From: Nemertoderma westbladi
Lineage: Eukaryota > Animalia > Xenacoelomorpha
Direction: 5' to 3'
Length of the DNA stretch: 47,520 bases
Assembly (NCBI GenBank): GCA_032718475.1
Contig: JAUCBJ010003068.1
Location: forward strand, 1-47,520
The notes beneath the pieces were generated by a model. It did no database searches, was not told the DNA's origin, and saw nothing but the letters and a program-made list of their open reading frames with translations. Shown here piece by piece: positions 22,062 to 36,190 of this stretch. The position numbers and the translations under genes are program-made. Every line of letters starts with the position of its first letter. Within the stretch, counting starts at the first letter, position 1.

Positions 22062-25000
22062 GTAAGTTCAGAAGTTCAGTCAGTCAGGATAAAAATACTG
22101 AAAGCTCACTCACACATTAAAACTCACTCACAGACACAAGGAGAAGGAGGAGTAGGCCTACCGGTACTATGGCGTTAGTATAGACTCTAATAGTACAGTA
22201 CCGGTAGCGCCGGTAGGCCGAAGTCTTCGTCTAGGATGAAGGACGATTTGACGATTCAGTTTTAGGTCCCTCTGACTTCTGAGTATTTCCATTGTTTGAG
22301 TAAGGCCGTGTGTTACCGTTCCACTTGTCTGCTTGTAGGTCATACTCGTAATCTAACATATATGTTAAGACACATTTATTAAGTTATAGGTCACAACTTA
22401 TATAATATATATAATATTTGATATAATAATATAGTCACAACTTCAAAAATAACAATGCCTCATGTTCTATAATTTGACCTACGACTTATCGCATCTTGAA
22501 TTCATATGATTGGTTACTTTGGCTTAGGTAGCAGCAATCTGACTGAGCATTCCATTAAATGTGAGACGCGTGATATGTTTTTTAAGAAATTTCTATGACT
22601 TACCACTACCAGTGGAGCAAGGGCGAGACTTTTATTTTCCAAATTAAAATAATTTGAAAAGTTGGTTCAATATATTAGACAAAATTAAGTTATTAGAAAG
22701 TTACTTGAATCATACTATATGTTAATTTTCATTGTATTCTTCTATATTATGATTGTAGGGAAGAGATACCAAGAGAAGGTCAGTGTCTTTGTCTGCTTCG
22801 TCGTTCTCTGCGTTGTTGTCTGCCAGCTTGTTATCGGCCTCAGTCCCAGCTTCATCAACATCTGGTCTCTTACTGCCTTCATCGGCGGGATTCTATTGGC
22901 CGACCTTATCAGCGGATTCGTTCATTGGGGCGCCGATACTTGGGGTTCAGTGGAGACATCTCTTCTCGGTCCGGTAAGTTCATATAACGGCTGGCCTATA
23001 ATATCGAGTAATGTAGTCCCAGGCCCGATCCTCACTTTTTGGGATCGGACTTCTGAAAATATGATACTGAAGTTATACAATTATTATTAAGTAAAATCAT
23101 TTTATCATGCACCATTATTATAATGGTTGAGAGTGTACAGATTGTAATTGTCTCTATAATCTCCAGGATTTTAAAATTTCGTGGAATCTTTACAAATTAA
23201 TCTGTTTTTAACGACGACTCTACTAGTTTAACTTTTCGTTTTTTCTAGTCGGTTTTACGGCCGTTCCGTGAGCACCACATAGACCCCACTGCGATGACCC
23301 GTCACGATTACATAGAGACAAGCGGAGACATATGTCTCCTGGTTACCCCGGCACTCCTCATCCAGTCATTGGCCATATACAGCGTCTCGGATGGTCTCCA
23401 ACCCATCCACTTCGCCATCAACTGCTTCTGGTTTAGCGCAATCACCTATCTTATGCTGACAAACCAGGTATTAAAAAAATAACTACTTTATTACATTGAT
23501 GATGATGTATAAAGTTTACAGGCCAAATTACACGTTGCCCTGACGATTGGCCACAATTGTCGTTCGGAAAAGAGCTGGTCCAAATAATAGGTGATTGCCA
23601 GCCATTTCCATTATAGATATAATGATTCTGACGCATTCAGTTGCTCAGAAAGTCCGTCATTATCGGTCCATATTATAGTAATCCATCTTATTTTGCTTAT
23701 AATTATTGTAGCGTAATTAGCGATCGATACCAGTTATATTTAATACAATGTTGGTGAGGGAAGGTTTGTTGTGTTTGTGTAGGCGTAATGAGTAGTTGAA
23801 TATGACGGCTATCCCGAATCCTTGGGTAGAATGTTATGTGCAATATAATAAAGGCAGTTAATGGTAATTATTGTCCGCAATTCCGCTAACTTTATTATAT
23901 TATGAGTTATGGTTAGGTTTACATGACAACTGATTTTTTTTTAATTGTGGTTGAGGCCTGATCAACTAACCATAACAACAATAACAAACGTAATACCCCG
24001 AGGTTACAAGGTCTGTACACCAATATTAGTTTACTTCACACCTTTTCATATTATTTGCGAATTTTGTTTTGCTTATATTTAGATCCACAAATGGGCCCAC
24101 ACTTATTCTGGGTTGCCAGGTTGGGTTGACGTTTTACAGAGGTGCCACTTAATTCTTCCCAGACAGCACCACAGAATCCATCACGTCTCCCCTCACGAGA
24201 CTTACTACTGTATCACTACAGGGTGGCTCAACTACCCCTTGGAGAAAATAAGGTGACGTCATATTAATTAAGAGGACCTACTACATTATTTTTCCATACT
24301 GCATTATGCAAACTAAGCTTGTTTTGAGCAGAGTGGTAAATGAACAAGTCTACAATGCATCGCTTTAGGAGACAGCAATGCATCGTTTTAGGAGACACCA
24401 ATGCATCGTTTTAGGAGATAGCAATGCATCGTTTCAGGAGACAGCAATGCATCGTTTTAGGAGACAGCAATGCATCGTTTTAGGAGACAGCAATGCATCG
24501 TTTCAGGAGACAGCAATGCATCGTTTTAGGAAACAGCAATGCATCGTTTTAGGAGACAGCAATGCATCGTTTCAGGAGACAGCAATGCATCGTTTTAGGA
24601 GACAGCAATGCATCGTTTTAGGAGACACCAATGCATCGTTTTAGGAGACAGCAATGCATCGTTTCAGGAGACAGCAATGCATCGTTTTAGGAGACAGCAA
24701 TGCATCGTTTTAGGAGACAGCAATGCATCGTTTCAGGAGACAGCAATGCATCGTTTTAGGAGACAGCAATGCATCGTTTCTGGAGACAGCAATGCATCGT
24801 TTTAGGAGACAGCAATGCATCGTTTTAGGAGACAGCAATGCATCGTTTCAGGAGACAGAAATGCATCGTTTTAGGAGACAGCAATGTATCGTTTTAGGAG
24901 ACAGCAATGCATCGTTATCGTTTTAGGAGACAGCAATACATCGTTTTAGGAGACAGCAATGCATCGTTTTAGGAGACAGCAATGCATCGTTTAAGGAGAC

Positions 25001-28000
25001 AGCAATGCATCGTTTTAGGAGACAGCAATGTATCGTTTTAGGAGACAGCAATGCATCGTTTTAGGAGACAGCAATGCATCGTTTTAGGAGACAGCAATGC
25101 ATCGTTTTAGGAGACACCAATGCATCGTTTTAGGAGACAGCAATGCATCGTTTCAGGAGACAGCAATGCATCGTTTTAGGAGACAGCAATGCATCGTTTT
25201 AGGAGACACCAATGCATCGTTTTAGGAGATAGCAATGCATCGTTTCAGGAGACAGCAATGCATCGTTTTAGGAGACAGCAATGCATCGTTTTAGGAGACA
25301 GCAATGCATCGTTTCAGGAGACAGCAATGCATCGTTTTAGGAAACAGCAATGCATCGTTTTAGGAGACAGCAATGCATCGTTTCAGGAGACAGCAATGCA
25401 TCGTTTTAGGAGACAGCAATGCATCGTTTTAGGAGACACCAATGCATCGTTTTAGGAGACAGCAATGCATCGTTTTAGGAAACAGCAATGCATCGTTTTA
25501 GGAGACAGCAATGCATCGTTTCAGGAGACAGCAATGCATCGTTTTAGGAGACAGCAATGCATCGTTTTAGGAGACACCAATGCATCGTTTTAGGAGACAG
25601 CAATGCATCGTTTCAGGAGACAGCAATGCATCGTTTTAGGAGACAGCAATGCATCGTTTTAGGAGACAGCAATGCATCGTTTCTGGAGACAGCAATGCAT
25701 CGTTTTAGGAAACAGCAATGCATCGTTTTAGGAGACAGCAATGCATCGTTTCAGGAGACAGCAATGCATCGTTTTAGGAGACAGCAATGCATCGTTTTAG
25801 GAGACACCAATGCATCGTTTTAGGAGACAGCAATGCATCGTTTCAGGAGACAGCAATGCATCGTTTTAGGAGACAGCAATGCATCGTTTTAGGAGACAGC
25901 AATGCATCGTTTTAGGAGACAGCAATGCATCGTTTTAGGAGACAGCAATGCATCGTTTCAGGAGACAGCAATGCATCGTTTTAGGAAACAGCAATGCATC
26001 GTTTTAGGAGACAGCAATGCATCGTTTCAGGAGACAGCAATGCATCGTTTTAGGAGACAGCAATGCATCGTTTTAGGAGACACCAATGCATCGTTTTAGG
26101 AGACAGCAATGCATCGTTTCAGGAGACAGCAATGCATCGTTTTAGGAGACAGCAATGCATCGTTTTAGGAGACAGCAATGCATCGTTTTAGGAGACAGCA
26201 ATGCATCGTTTTAGGAGACAGCAATGCATCGTTTCAGGAGACAGCAATGCATCGTTTTAGGAAACAGCAATGCATCGTTTTAGGAGACAGCAATGCATCG
26301 TTTCAGGAGACAGCAATGCATCGTTTTAGGAGACAGCAATGCATCGTTTTAGGAGACACCAATGCATCGTTTTAGGAGACAGCAATGCATCGTTTCAGGA
26401 GACAGCAATGCATCGTTTTAGGAGACAGCAATGCATCGTTTTAGGAGACAGCAATGCATCGTTTCAGGAGACAGCAATGCATCGTTTTAGGAGACAGCAA
26501 TGCATCGTTTCTGGAGACAGCAATGCATCGTTTTAGGAGACAGCAATGCATCGTTTTAGGAGACAGCAATGCATCGTTTCAGGAGACAGAAATGCATCGT
26601 TTTAGGAGACAGCAATGTATCGTTTTAGGAGACAGCAATGCATCGTTATCGTTTTAGGAGACAGCAATACATCGTTTTAGGAGACAGCAATGCATCGTTT
26701 CAGGAGACAGCAATGCATCGTTTTAGGAGACAGCAATGCATCGTTTTAGGAGACACCAATGCATCGTTTTAGGAAACAGCAATGCATCGTTTTAGGAGAC
26801 AGCAATGCATCGTTTCAGGAGACAGCAATGCATCGTTTTAGGAGACAGCAATGCATCGTTTTAGGAGACACCAATGCATCGTTTTAGGAGACAGCAATGC
26901 ATCGTTTCAGGAGACAGCAATGCATCGTTTTAGGAGACAGCAATGCATCGTTTTAGGAGACAGCAATGCATCGTTTTAGGAGACAGCAATGCATCGTTTT
27001 AGGAGACAGCAATGCATCGTTTCAGGAGACAGCAATGCATCGTTTTAGGAAACAGCAATGCATCGTTTTAGGAGACAGCAATGCATCGTTTCAGGAGACA
27101 GCAATGCATCGTTTTAGGAGACAGCAATGCATCGTTTTAGGAGACACCAATGCATCGTTTTAGGAGACAGCAATGCATCGTTTCAGGAGACAGCAATGCA
27201 TCGTTTTAGGAGACAGCAATGCATCGTTTTAGGAGACACCAATGCATCGTTTTAGGAGATAGCAATGCATCGTTTCAGGAGACAGCAATGCATCGTTTTA
27301 GGAGACAGCAATGCATCGTTTTAGGAGACAGCAATGCATCGTTTCAGGAGACAGCAATGCATCGTTTTAGGAAACAGCAATGCATCGTTTTAGGAGACAG
27401 CAATGCATCGTTTCAGGAGACAGCAATGCATCGTTTTAGGAGACAGCAATGCATCGTTTTAGGAGACACCAATGCATCGTTTTAGGAGACAGCAATGCAT
27501 CGTTTCAGGAGACAGCAATGCATCGTTTTAGGAGACAGCAATGCATCGTTTTAGGAGACAGCAATGCATCGTTTCAGGAGACAGCAATGCATCGTTTTAG
27601 GAGACAGCAATGCATCGTTTCTGGAGACAGCAATGCATCGTTTTAGGAGACAGCAATGCATCGTTTTAGGAGACAGCAATGCATCGTTTCAGGAGACAGA
27701 AATGCATCGTTTTAGGAGACAGCAATGTATCGTTTTAGGAGACAGCAATGCATCGTTATCGTTTTAGGAGACAGCAATACATCGTTTTAGGAGACAGCAA
27801 TGCATCGTTTTAGGAGACAGCAATGCATCGTTTAAGGAGACAGCAATGCATCGTTTTAGGAGACAGCAATGTATCGTTTTAGGAGACAGCAATGCATCGT
27901 TTTAGGAGACAGCAATGCATCGTTTTAGGAGACAGCAATGTATCGTTTTAGGAGACAGCAATGCATCGTTTTAGGAGACAGCAATGCATCGTTTTAGGAG

Positions 28001-31000
28001 ACAGCAATGCATCGTTTTAGGAGACAGCAATGCATCGTTTAAGGAGACAGCAATGCATCGTTTTAGGAGACAGCAATGTATCGTTTAAGGAGACAGCAAT
28101 GCATCATTTTAGGAGACAGCAATGCATCGTTTTAAGAGACAGTAATGCATCGTTTTAGGAGACAGCAATGCATCGTTTTGGGAGACAGCAATGCATCGTT
28201 TTATGAAACAGCAATGCATCGTTTAAGGAGACAGCAATGCATCGTTTTGGGAGACAGCATTACATCGTTTTAGGAGACAGCAATGCATCGTTTTAAGAGA
28301 CAGCAATGCATCGTTTTAGGAGACAGCAATGCATCGTTTTAGGAGACAGCAATGCACCGTTTTAGGAGACAGCAATGCATCGTTTTAGGAGACAGTAATG
28401 CATCGTTTTAGGAGACAGCAATGCATCGTTTTAGGAGACAGCAATGCATCGTTTTAGGAGACAGCAATGTATCGTTTAGGAGACAGCAATGCATCGTTTA
28501 AGGAGACAGCAATGCATCGTTTTAGGAGACAGCAATGCATCGTCTTAGGAGACAGCAATGTATCGTTTTAGGAGACAGCAATGCATCATTTAAGGAGACA
28601 GCAATGCATCGTTTTAGGAGACAGCAATGCATCGTTTTAGGAGACAGCAATGCATCGTTTAAGGATACAGCAATGCATCGTTTTAGGAGACAGCAATGTA
28701 TCGTTTTAGGAGACAGTAATGCATCGTTTTAGGATACAGCAATGCATCGTTTTTGGAGACAGCAATGCATCGTTTTTGGAGACAGCAATGCATCGTTTTA
28801 GGAGACAGCAATGCATCGTTTTAGGAGACAGCAATGCATCATTTTAGGAGACAGCAATGCATCGTTTTTGGAGACAGCAATGCATCGTTTTTGGAGACAG
28901 CAATGCATCGTTTTAGGAGACAGCAAGGAATCGTTTTAGGAGACAGCAATGCATCGTTTTAGGAGACAGCAATGCATCGTTTTTGGAGACAGCAATGTAT
29001 CGTTTTAGGAGACAGCAATGCATCGTTTTAGGATACAGCAATGCATCGTTTTTGGAGACAGCAATGCATCGTTTTTGGAGACAGCAATGCATCGTTTAAG
29101 GAGACAGCAATGCATCGTTTTAAGAGACAGCAATGCATCGTTTAAGGAGACAGCAATGCATCGTTTTAGGAGACAGCAATGCATCGTTTTAAGAGACAGC
29201 AATGCATCGTTTTAGGAGACAGCAATGCATCGTTTTAGGAGACAGCAATGCACCGTTTTAGGAGACAGCAATGCATCGTTTTAGGAGACAGTAATGCATC
29301 GTTTTAGGAGACAGCAATGCATCGTTTTAGGAGACAGCAATGCATCGTTTTAGGAGACAGCAATGTATCGTTTAGGAGACAGCAATGCATCGTTTCAGGA
29401 GACAGCAATGCATCGTTTTAGGAGACAGCAATGCATCGTTTTAGGAGACAGCAATGCATCGTTTTAGGAGACAGCAATGCATCGTTTTAGGAGACAGCAA
29501 TGCATCGTTTCAGGAGACAGAAATGCATCGTTTTAGGAGACAGCAATGTATCGTTTTAGGAGACAGCAATGCATCGTTATCGTTTTAGGAGACAGCAATA
29601 CATCGTTTTAGGAGACAGCAATGCATCGTTTTAGGAGACAGCAATGCATCGTTTAAGGAGACAGCAATGCATCGTTTTAGGAGACAGCAATGTATCGTTT
29701 TAGGAGACAGCAATGCATCGTTTTAGGAGACAGCAATGCATCGTTTTAGGAGACAGCAATGTATCGTTTTAGGAGACAGCAATGCATCGTTTTAGGAGAC
29801 AGCAATGCATCGTTTTAGGAGACAGCAATGCATCGTTTTAGGAGACAGCAATGCATCGTTTAAGGAGACAGCAATGCATCGTTTTAGGAGACAGCAATGT
29901 ATCGTTTAAGGAGACAGCAATGCATCATTTTAGGAGACAGCAATGCATCGTTTTAAGAGACAGTAATGCATCGTTTTAGGAGACAGCAATGCATCGTTTT
30001 GGGAGACAGCAATGCATCGTTTTATGAGACAGCAATGCATCGTTTAAGGAGACAGCAATGCATCGTTTTGGGAGACAGCATTACATCGTTTTAGGAGACA
30101 GCAATGCATCGTTTTAAGAGACAGCAATGCATCGTTTTAGGAGACAGCAATGCATCGTTTTAGGAGACAGCAATGCACCGTTTTAGGAGACAGCAATGCA
30201 TCGTTTTAGGAGACAGTAATGCATCGTTTTAGGAGACAGCAATGCATCGTTTTAGGAGACAGCAATGCATCGTTTTAGGAGACAGCAATGTATCGTTTAG
30301 GAGACAGCAATGCATCGTTTAAGGAGACAGCAATGCATCGTTTTAGGAGACAGCAATGCATCGTCTTAGGAGACAGCAATGTATCGTTTTAGGAGACAGC
30401 AATGCATCATTTAAGGAGACAGCAATGCATCGTTTTAGGAGACAGCAATGCATCGTTTTAGGAGACAGCAATGCATCGTTTAAGGATACAGAAATGCATC
30501 GTTTTAGGAGACAGCAATGTATCGTTTTAGGAGACAGTAATGCATCGTTTTAGGATACAGCAATGCATCGTTTTTGGAGACAGCAATGCATCGTTTTTGG
30601 AGACAGCAATGCATCGTTTTAGGAGACAGCAATGCATCGTTTTAGGAGACAGCAATGCATCATTTTAGGAGACAGCAATGCATCGTTTTTGGAGACAGCA
30701 ATGCATCGTTTTTGGAGACAGCAATGCATCGTTTTAGGAGACAGCAAGGAATCGTTTTAGGAGACAGCAATGCATCGTTTTAGGAGACAGCAATGCATCG
30801 TTTTTGGAGACAGCAATGTATCGTTTTAGGAGACAGCAATGCATCGTTTTAGGAGACAGCAATGCATCGTTTTAGGATACAGCAATGCATCGTTTTTGGA
30901 GACAGCAATGCATCGTTTTTGGAGACAGCAATGCATCGTTTAAGGAGACAGCAATGCATCGTTTTAAGAGACAGCAATGCATCGTTTAAGGAGACAGCAA

Positions 31001-34000
31001 TGCATCGTTTTAGGAGACAGCAATGCATCGTCTTAGGAGACAGCAATGCATCGTTTTAGGAGACAGCAATGCATCATTTTAGGAGACAGCAATGCATCGT
31101 TTTAGGAGACAGCAATGCATCGTTTTAGGAGACAGCAATGCATCGTTTTAGGAGACAGCAATGCACCGTTTTAGGAGACAGCAATGCATCGTTTTAGGAG
31201 ACAGCAATGCATCGTTTTAGGAGACAGCAATGCATCGTTTTAGGAGACAGCAATGCATCGTTTTTGGAGACAGCAATGCATCGTTTTTGGAGACAGCAAT
31301 GCATCGTTTTTGGAGACAGCAATGCATCGTTTTTAGAGACAGCAATGCATCGTTTTAGGAGACAGCAATGCATCGTTTTTGGAGACAGTATTGCATCGTT
31401 TTAGGAGACAGCAATGCATCGTTTTAGGAGACAGCAATGCATCGTTTTATGAGACAGCAATTCATCGTTTTTGGAGACAGCAATGCATCGTTTTAGGAGA
31501 CAGCAATGCATGGTTTTTGGAGACAGCAATGCATTGTTTTAGGAGACAACAATGCATCGTTTTTGGAGACAGCAATGCATCGTTTTTGGAGACAGCAATG
31601 CATCGTTTTAGGAAACAGCAATGCATGGTTTTTGGAGACAGCAATGCATTGTTTTAGGAGACAACAATGCATCGTTTTTGGAGACAGCGATGCATCGTTT
31701 TTGGAGACAGCAATGCATCGTTTTTGGAGACAGCAATGCATCGTTTTTGGAGAAAACAATGCATCGTTTTTGGAGACAGCAATGCATCGTTTTTGGAGAC
31801 AACAATGCATCGTTTTTGGAGACAGCAATGAATCGTTTTTGGAAACAGCAATTCATCGTTTTGGGAGACAGCAATGCATCGTTTTAGGAGACAACAATGC
31901 ATCGTTTTTGGAGACAGCAATGCATCGTTTTTGGAGACAGCAATGCATCGTTTTTGGAGACAGCAATGCATCGTTTTAGGAGACAGCAAGGCATCGTTTT
32001 AGGAGACAGCAATGCATCGTTTTAGGAGACAGCAATGCATCGTTTTTGGAGACAGCAATGTATCGTTTTAGGAGACAGCAATGCATCGTTTTAGGAGACA
32101 GCAATGCATCGTTTTAGGATACAGCAATGCATCGTTTTTGGAGACAGCAATGCATCGTTTTTGGAGACAGCAATGCATCGTTTAAGGAGACAGCAATGCA
32201 TCGTTTTAAGAGACAGCAATGCATCGTTTAAGGAGACAGCAATGCATTGTTTTAGGAGACAACAATGCATCGTTTTTGGAGACAGCAATGCATCGTTTTT
32301 GGAGACAACAATGCATCGTATTTGGAGACAGCAATGCATCGTTTTTGGAGACAGCAATTCATCGTTTTTGGAGACAGCAATGCATCGTTTTAGGAGACAG
32401 CAATGCATGGTTTTTGGAGACAGCAATGCATTGTTTTAGGAGACAACAATGCATCGTTTTAAGAGACAGCAATGCATCGTTTCAGGAGACAACAATGCAT
32501 CGTTTTAGGAGACAGCAATGCATCGTTTCAGGAGACAGCAATGCATCGTTTTAGGAGACAGCAATGCATCGTTTTAGGAGACAGCAATGCATCGTTTCAG
32601 GAGACAGAAATGCATCGTTTTAGGAGACAGCAATGTATCGTTTTAGGAGACAGCAATGCATCGTTATCGTTTTAGGAGACAGCAATACATCGTTTTAGGA
32701 GACAGCAATGCATCGTTTTAGGAGACAGCAATGCATCGTTTAAGGAGACAGCAATGCATCGTTTTAGGAGACAGCAATGTATCGTTTTAGGAGACAGCAA
32801 TGCATCGTTTTAGGAGACAGCAATGCATCGTTTTAGGAGACAGCAATGCATCGTTTTAGGAGACAGCAATGCATCGTTTAAGGAGACAGCAATGCATCGT
32901 TTTAGGAGACAGCAATGTATCGTTTAAGGAGACAGCAATGCATCATTTTAGGAGACAGCAATGCATCGTTTTAAGAGACAGTAATGCATCGTTTTAGGAG
33001 ACAGCAATGCATCGTTTTGGGAGACAGCAATGCATCGTTTTATGAGACAGCAATGCATCGTTTAAGGAGACAGCAATGCATCGTTTTGGGAGACAGCATT
33101 ACATCGTTTTAGGAGACAGCAATGCATCGATTTAAGAGACAGCAATGCATCGTTTTAGGAGACAGCAATGCATCGTTTTAGGAGACAGCAATGCACCGTT
33201 TTAGGAGACAGCAATGCATCGTTTTAGGAGACAGTAATGCATCGTTTTAGGAGACAGCAATGCATCGTTTTAGGAGACAGCAATGCATCGTTTTAGGAGA
33301 CAGCAATGTATCGTTTAGGAGACAGCAATGCATCGTTTAAGGAGACAGCAATGCATCGTTTTAGGAGACAGCAATGCATCGTCTTAGGAGACAGCAATGT
33401 ATCGTTTTAGGAGACAGCAATGCATCATTTAAGGAGACAGCAATGCATCGTTTTAGGAGACAGCAATGCATCGTTTTAGGAGACAGCAATGCATCGTTTA
33501 AGGATACAGCAATGCATCGTTTTAGGAGACAGCAATGTATCGTTTTAGGAGACAGTAATGCATCGTTTTAGGATACAGCAATGCATCGTTTTTGGAGACA
33601 GCAATGCATCGTTTTTGGAGACAGCAATGCATCGTTTTAGGAGACAGCAATGCATCGTTTTAGGAGACAGCAATGCATCGTTTTAGGAGACAGCAATGCA
33701 TCGTTTTAGGAGACAGCAATGCATCGTTTTTGGAGACAGCAATGCATCGTTTTTGGAGACAGCAATGCATCGTTTTAAAATCTCGTCGAATTAAAAAAAG
33801 TTAATTTTAAATTAAGCGAATGGATTCAGGTTATTATTATATTACCTATTATTGTATCAAATATTTACGATAACTCGCGTACTAAAAACCTTTAGCATTT
33901 ATTTGGCTATCCTCTCTAGGTTTTGGATCACCCTTGAATTTCTGATAACCAAAATCACCGGAGCTTTACCTCGACAAGATGATATGAAGTGGTCATCGAA

Positions 34001-34010
34001 AACAGATTAG
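21842..34010 (+). CDS. PEDS1: Plasmanylethanolamine desaturase 1 (TMEM189/Kua, CarF homologue); join(21842-22061,22759-22973,23249-23467,24083-24252,33920-34010), 304 aa
   Basis: All introns are GT-AG with consistent phases (1,0,0,2); spliced length 915 nt; motifs [77 protein letters not shown]. Confidence 0.96.
22759..22973 (+). CDS. PEDS1: PEDS1/TMEM189 coding exon 2
   Basis: ttgtag acceptor; KRYQE...[18 protein letters not shown]; donor gtaagt. Confidence 0.95.
23249..23467 (+). CDS. PEDS1: PEDS1/TMEM189 coding exon 3
   Basis: ttttctag acceptor; [20 protein letters not shown]...LTNQ; donor gtatta. Confidence 0.95.
24083..24252 (+). CDS. PEDS1: PEDS1/TMEM189 coding exon 4
   Basis: tttag acceptor; IHKWAHTY...HHRIHH...[10 protein letters not shown]; donor gtgacg. 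Confidence 0.93.
24353..33777. repeat. 23-bp satellite array, ~410 copies, with higher-order duplications, inside PEDS1 intron 4
   Basis: Unit agcaatgcatcgttttaggagac repeated without spacers over ~9.4 kb. Confidence 0.99.
33920..34010 (+). CDS. PEDS1: PEDS1/TMEM189 final coding exon
   Basis: ctctctag acceptor; [29 protein letters not shown]-stop matches the conserved FW..LE..I...TG..PR.DDMKW end. Confidence 0.93.
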
Positions 34011-34297
34011 TCATAATTAATTATATCGTCAACCGTTTTGTCAATATGTTAATATTATTCACGAACTGATCCTCTCAATTCCATAGCAAGCATTCACCAA
34101 CTTGGAGCTAAGCACACTCAACACCTTCTTGGTCCACAATCATCAACTATTTCTGAAATGAGAATATTTATCACGTAAGGTTTATTGCTGATTTTTAATA
34201 TTAATTACGGTGCCAATTAGTAATTTTTTGTTAACCTAATTTCGTCACAAAGGTAACTTAATGTCACAAGAGCGCGGAGTTGTGTGAATATTTTTTG

Positions 34298-34830
34298 ATT
34301 CCACAAAGTTGCCTTTTTATCCTATTCATATCATAGACGTTTCAGGAATTTAACTATATTCCTAAAAATCAGGAACATTTACGTTCAAATACCGGTAGAC
34401 CAAAACGTGATTCCTACCTATCCTTAATGTACTGTAAGGTTCTAACTTCTAAGTACTCGAGACCGTTCTTCTAGAAACGTCTACAACCCATTGATAGCAC
34501 TTACTGATAAAGGGGAATCATGTGACTGACCATATCAACGTGGTATTCGCTCTCGTTACCGCTACCATTCAAAGTTCAACATAAGAGAAAGAGAGTCACA
34601 CAATTTTTTAATATAATAACTGAGCGTTTATTCTGGATTGCTGAACCTTATCATATTGTTCATGTGACTGGGACGACCTGGTTATTTTAACTCAGTTTTT
34701 TAGTATTACGCGGTGTAGTGAATATGTAACGTTTATGAACTAACTAACCGAATTTAAATATATAAATAAATAAATATTGGATAGAAAATACCAGTAACGG
34801 GAGGTGAATTTTGTGGCAACTTTGTGGAAT
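34298..34830. repeat. 16-bp perfect inverted pair, probable MITE remnant
   Basis: attccacaaagttgcc (34298-34313) / ggcaactttgtggaat (34815-34830). Confidence 0.45.
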
Positions 34831-34943
34831 AAAATTCCGTAATTATATTACATGGAAAACTATAGTTACCTTTATCCCTTAATGACCACTTATGGGTGAG
34901 TTCTGAGAGGACAATTAACGAATGCTACGGAAAGCTGTTGTGT

Positions 34944-35315
34944 GAAAGTTATCGACAAAGGGGAAAGAAATAGTCGAGCGAAATATATAGCCATGATAAT
35001 CCAAATAATTTCAGTTTTATTTCAAATATATATAAAACATACGCGAAATTTAAGTTACTATTACAGTCCTGCATCCTATGTGAACTGGGCATAAATAAGT
35101 ATTACGATTGGATCAGTCTGCACTATATAGCAGTATTGGTGACTTTATATTTCGCGCAAATTTATTTGAAATAAACCTTTTATTATATAAATTATAGCTC
35201 CTACCTCCTACTATCTTCTTTGTTTATCGAGGAAATCGGTAGCTGTTAGCGTTAAATGTGCTCCTTTCAGTGAATGAAAGATTTCGCCTCTACTTTCACT
35301 TTGTCGATAACTTTC
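34944..35315. repeat. 17-bp perfect inverted pair, probable MITE remnant
   Basis: gaaagttatcgacaaag (34944-34960) / ctttgtcgataactttc (35299-35315), with weaker pairing on both sides. Confidence 0.5.
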
Positions 35316-36190
35316 GGTAGTTCTCGTCAAATGAACCTCGCTGTGCTCTCTCGATAAGTTATACATCTCTGGGTGTCAACGGGAAAAAACATTTGTTTTC
35401 TATTTAATAAATAGTAATTATATTTTAATTGCTGATTAGCTGCCAAAAGGGCTTCGCATGGTTTACTGTTGTTTGTTGTAGCATAAATTTAAACCGTAAA
35501 TTCTATGTAGATTAGTAATCTAATCTTTAATGATTGTAACATAATTTAGAAATTTATTTTGAATATGAAATACTACGTTATTATAGTCCTGTAAAATGTT
35601 ATAGTTAGTGTCTTAACTCAACTACAATTACTATTCGGGTAAGCTGACACATGCATTCAATTACATACAGTTCAACACTATGGCTATGGTCCTATTATTT
35701 AACCCTATAACAACATGCATTTGAATGATTTGATATACTATGCATAAAATGTATGGGTTTGAATTTTACATAATGGATAAACTACAAACTGCACAATTTG
35801 CGGAACTACCTAACTAGTTTTCAAACTAGTGAAGTGATGTCCAATGATAATAGTCTGTTTGTAATCCATAATCTATTTTTATTACATATTTTATCAATAT
35901 GCGTCAGTTTATATCATAGTTTATTTAAGCCTAATTATTTATAAATGATCTTTATAAATTTCGTTTGCTTAACATTACAATAATTATGTCTAATAAGATG
36001 TACCTGTGTGTAATATTTAATATCGACACCAATAATGTTGCGACGTGAGCTGTTATTATTGTGATGTTTAAGTTGTTTCCCTTGCTAAATATCACCCACC
36101 CCTGCTTGCCGCCATGTGTGTGTTCTCTAATTAATTAATTATATTTAAAGTTAGTAAACTCCTACAATCACACCATGTCTTTGAATAATT

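Noticed and set aside
24378-33571. [19 protein letters not shown] ORFs, or a CRISPR array
   Set aside because: Translations of the 23-bp satellite (69-nt period); no spacers.
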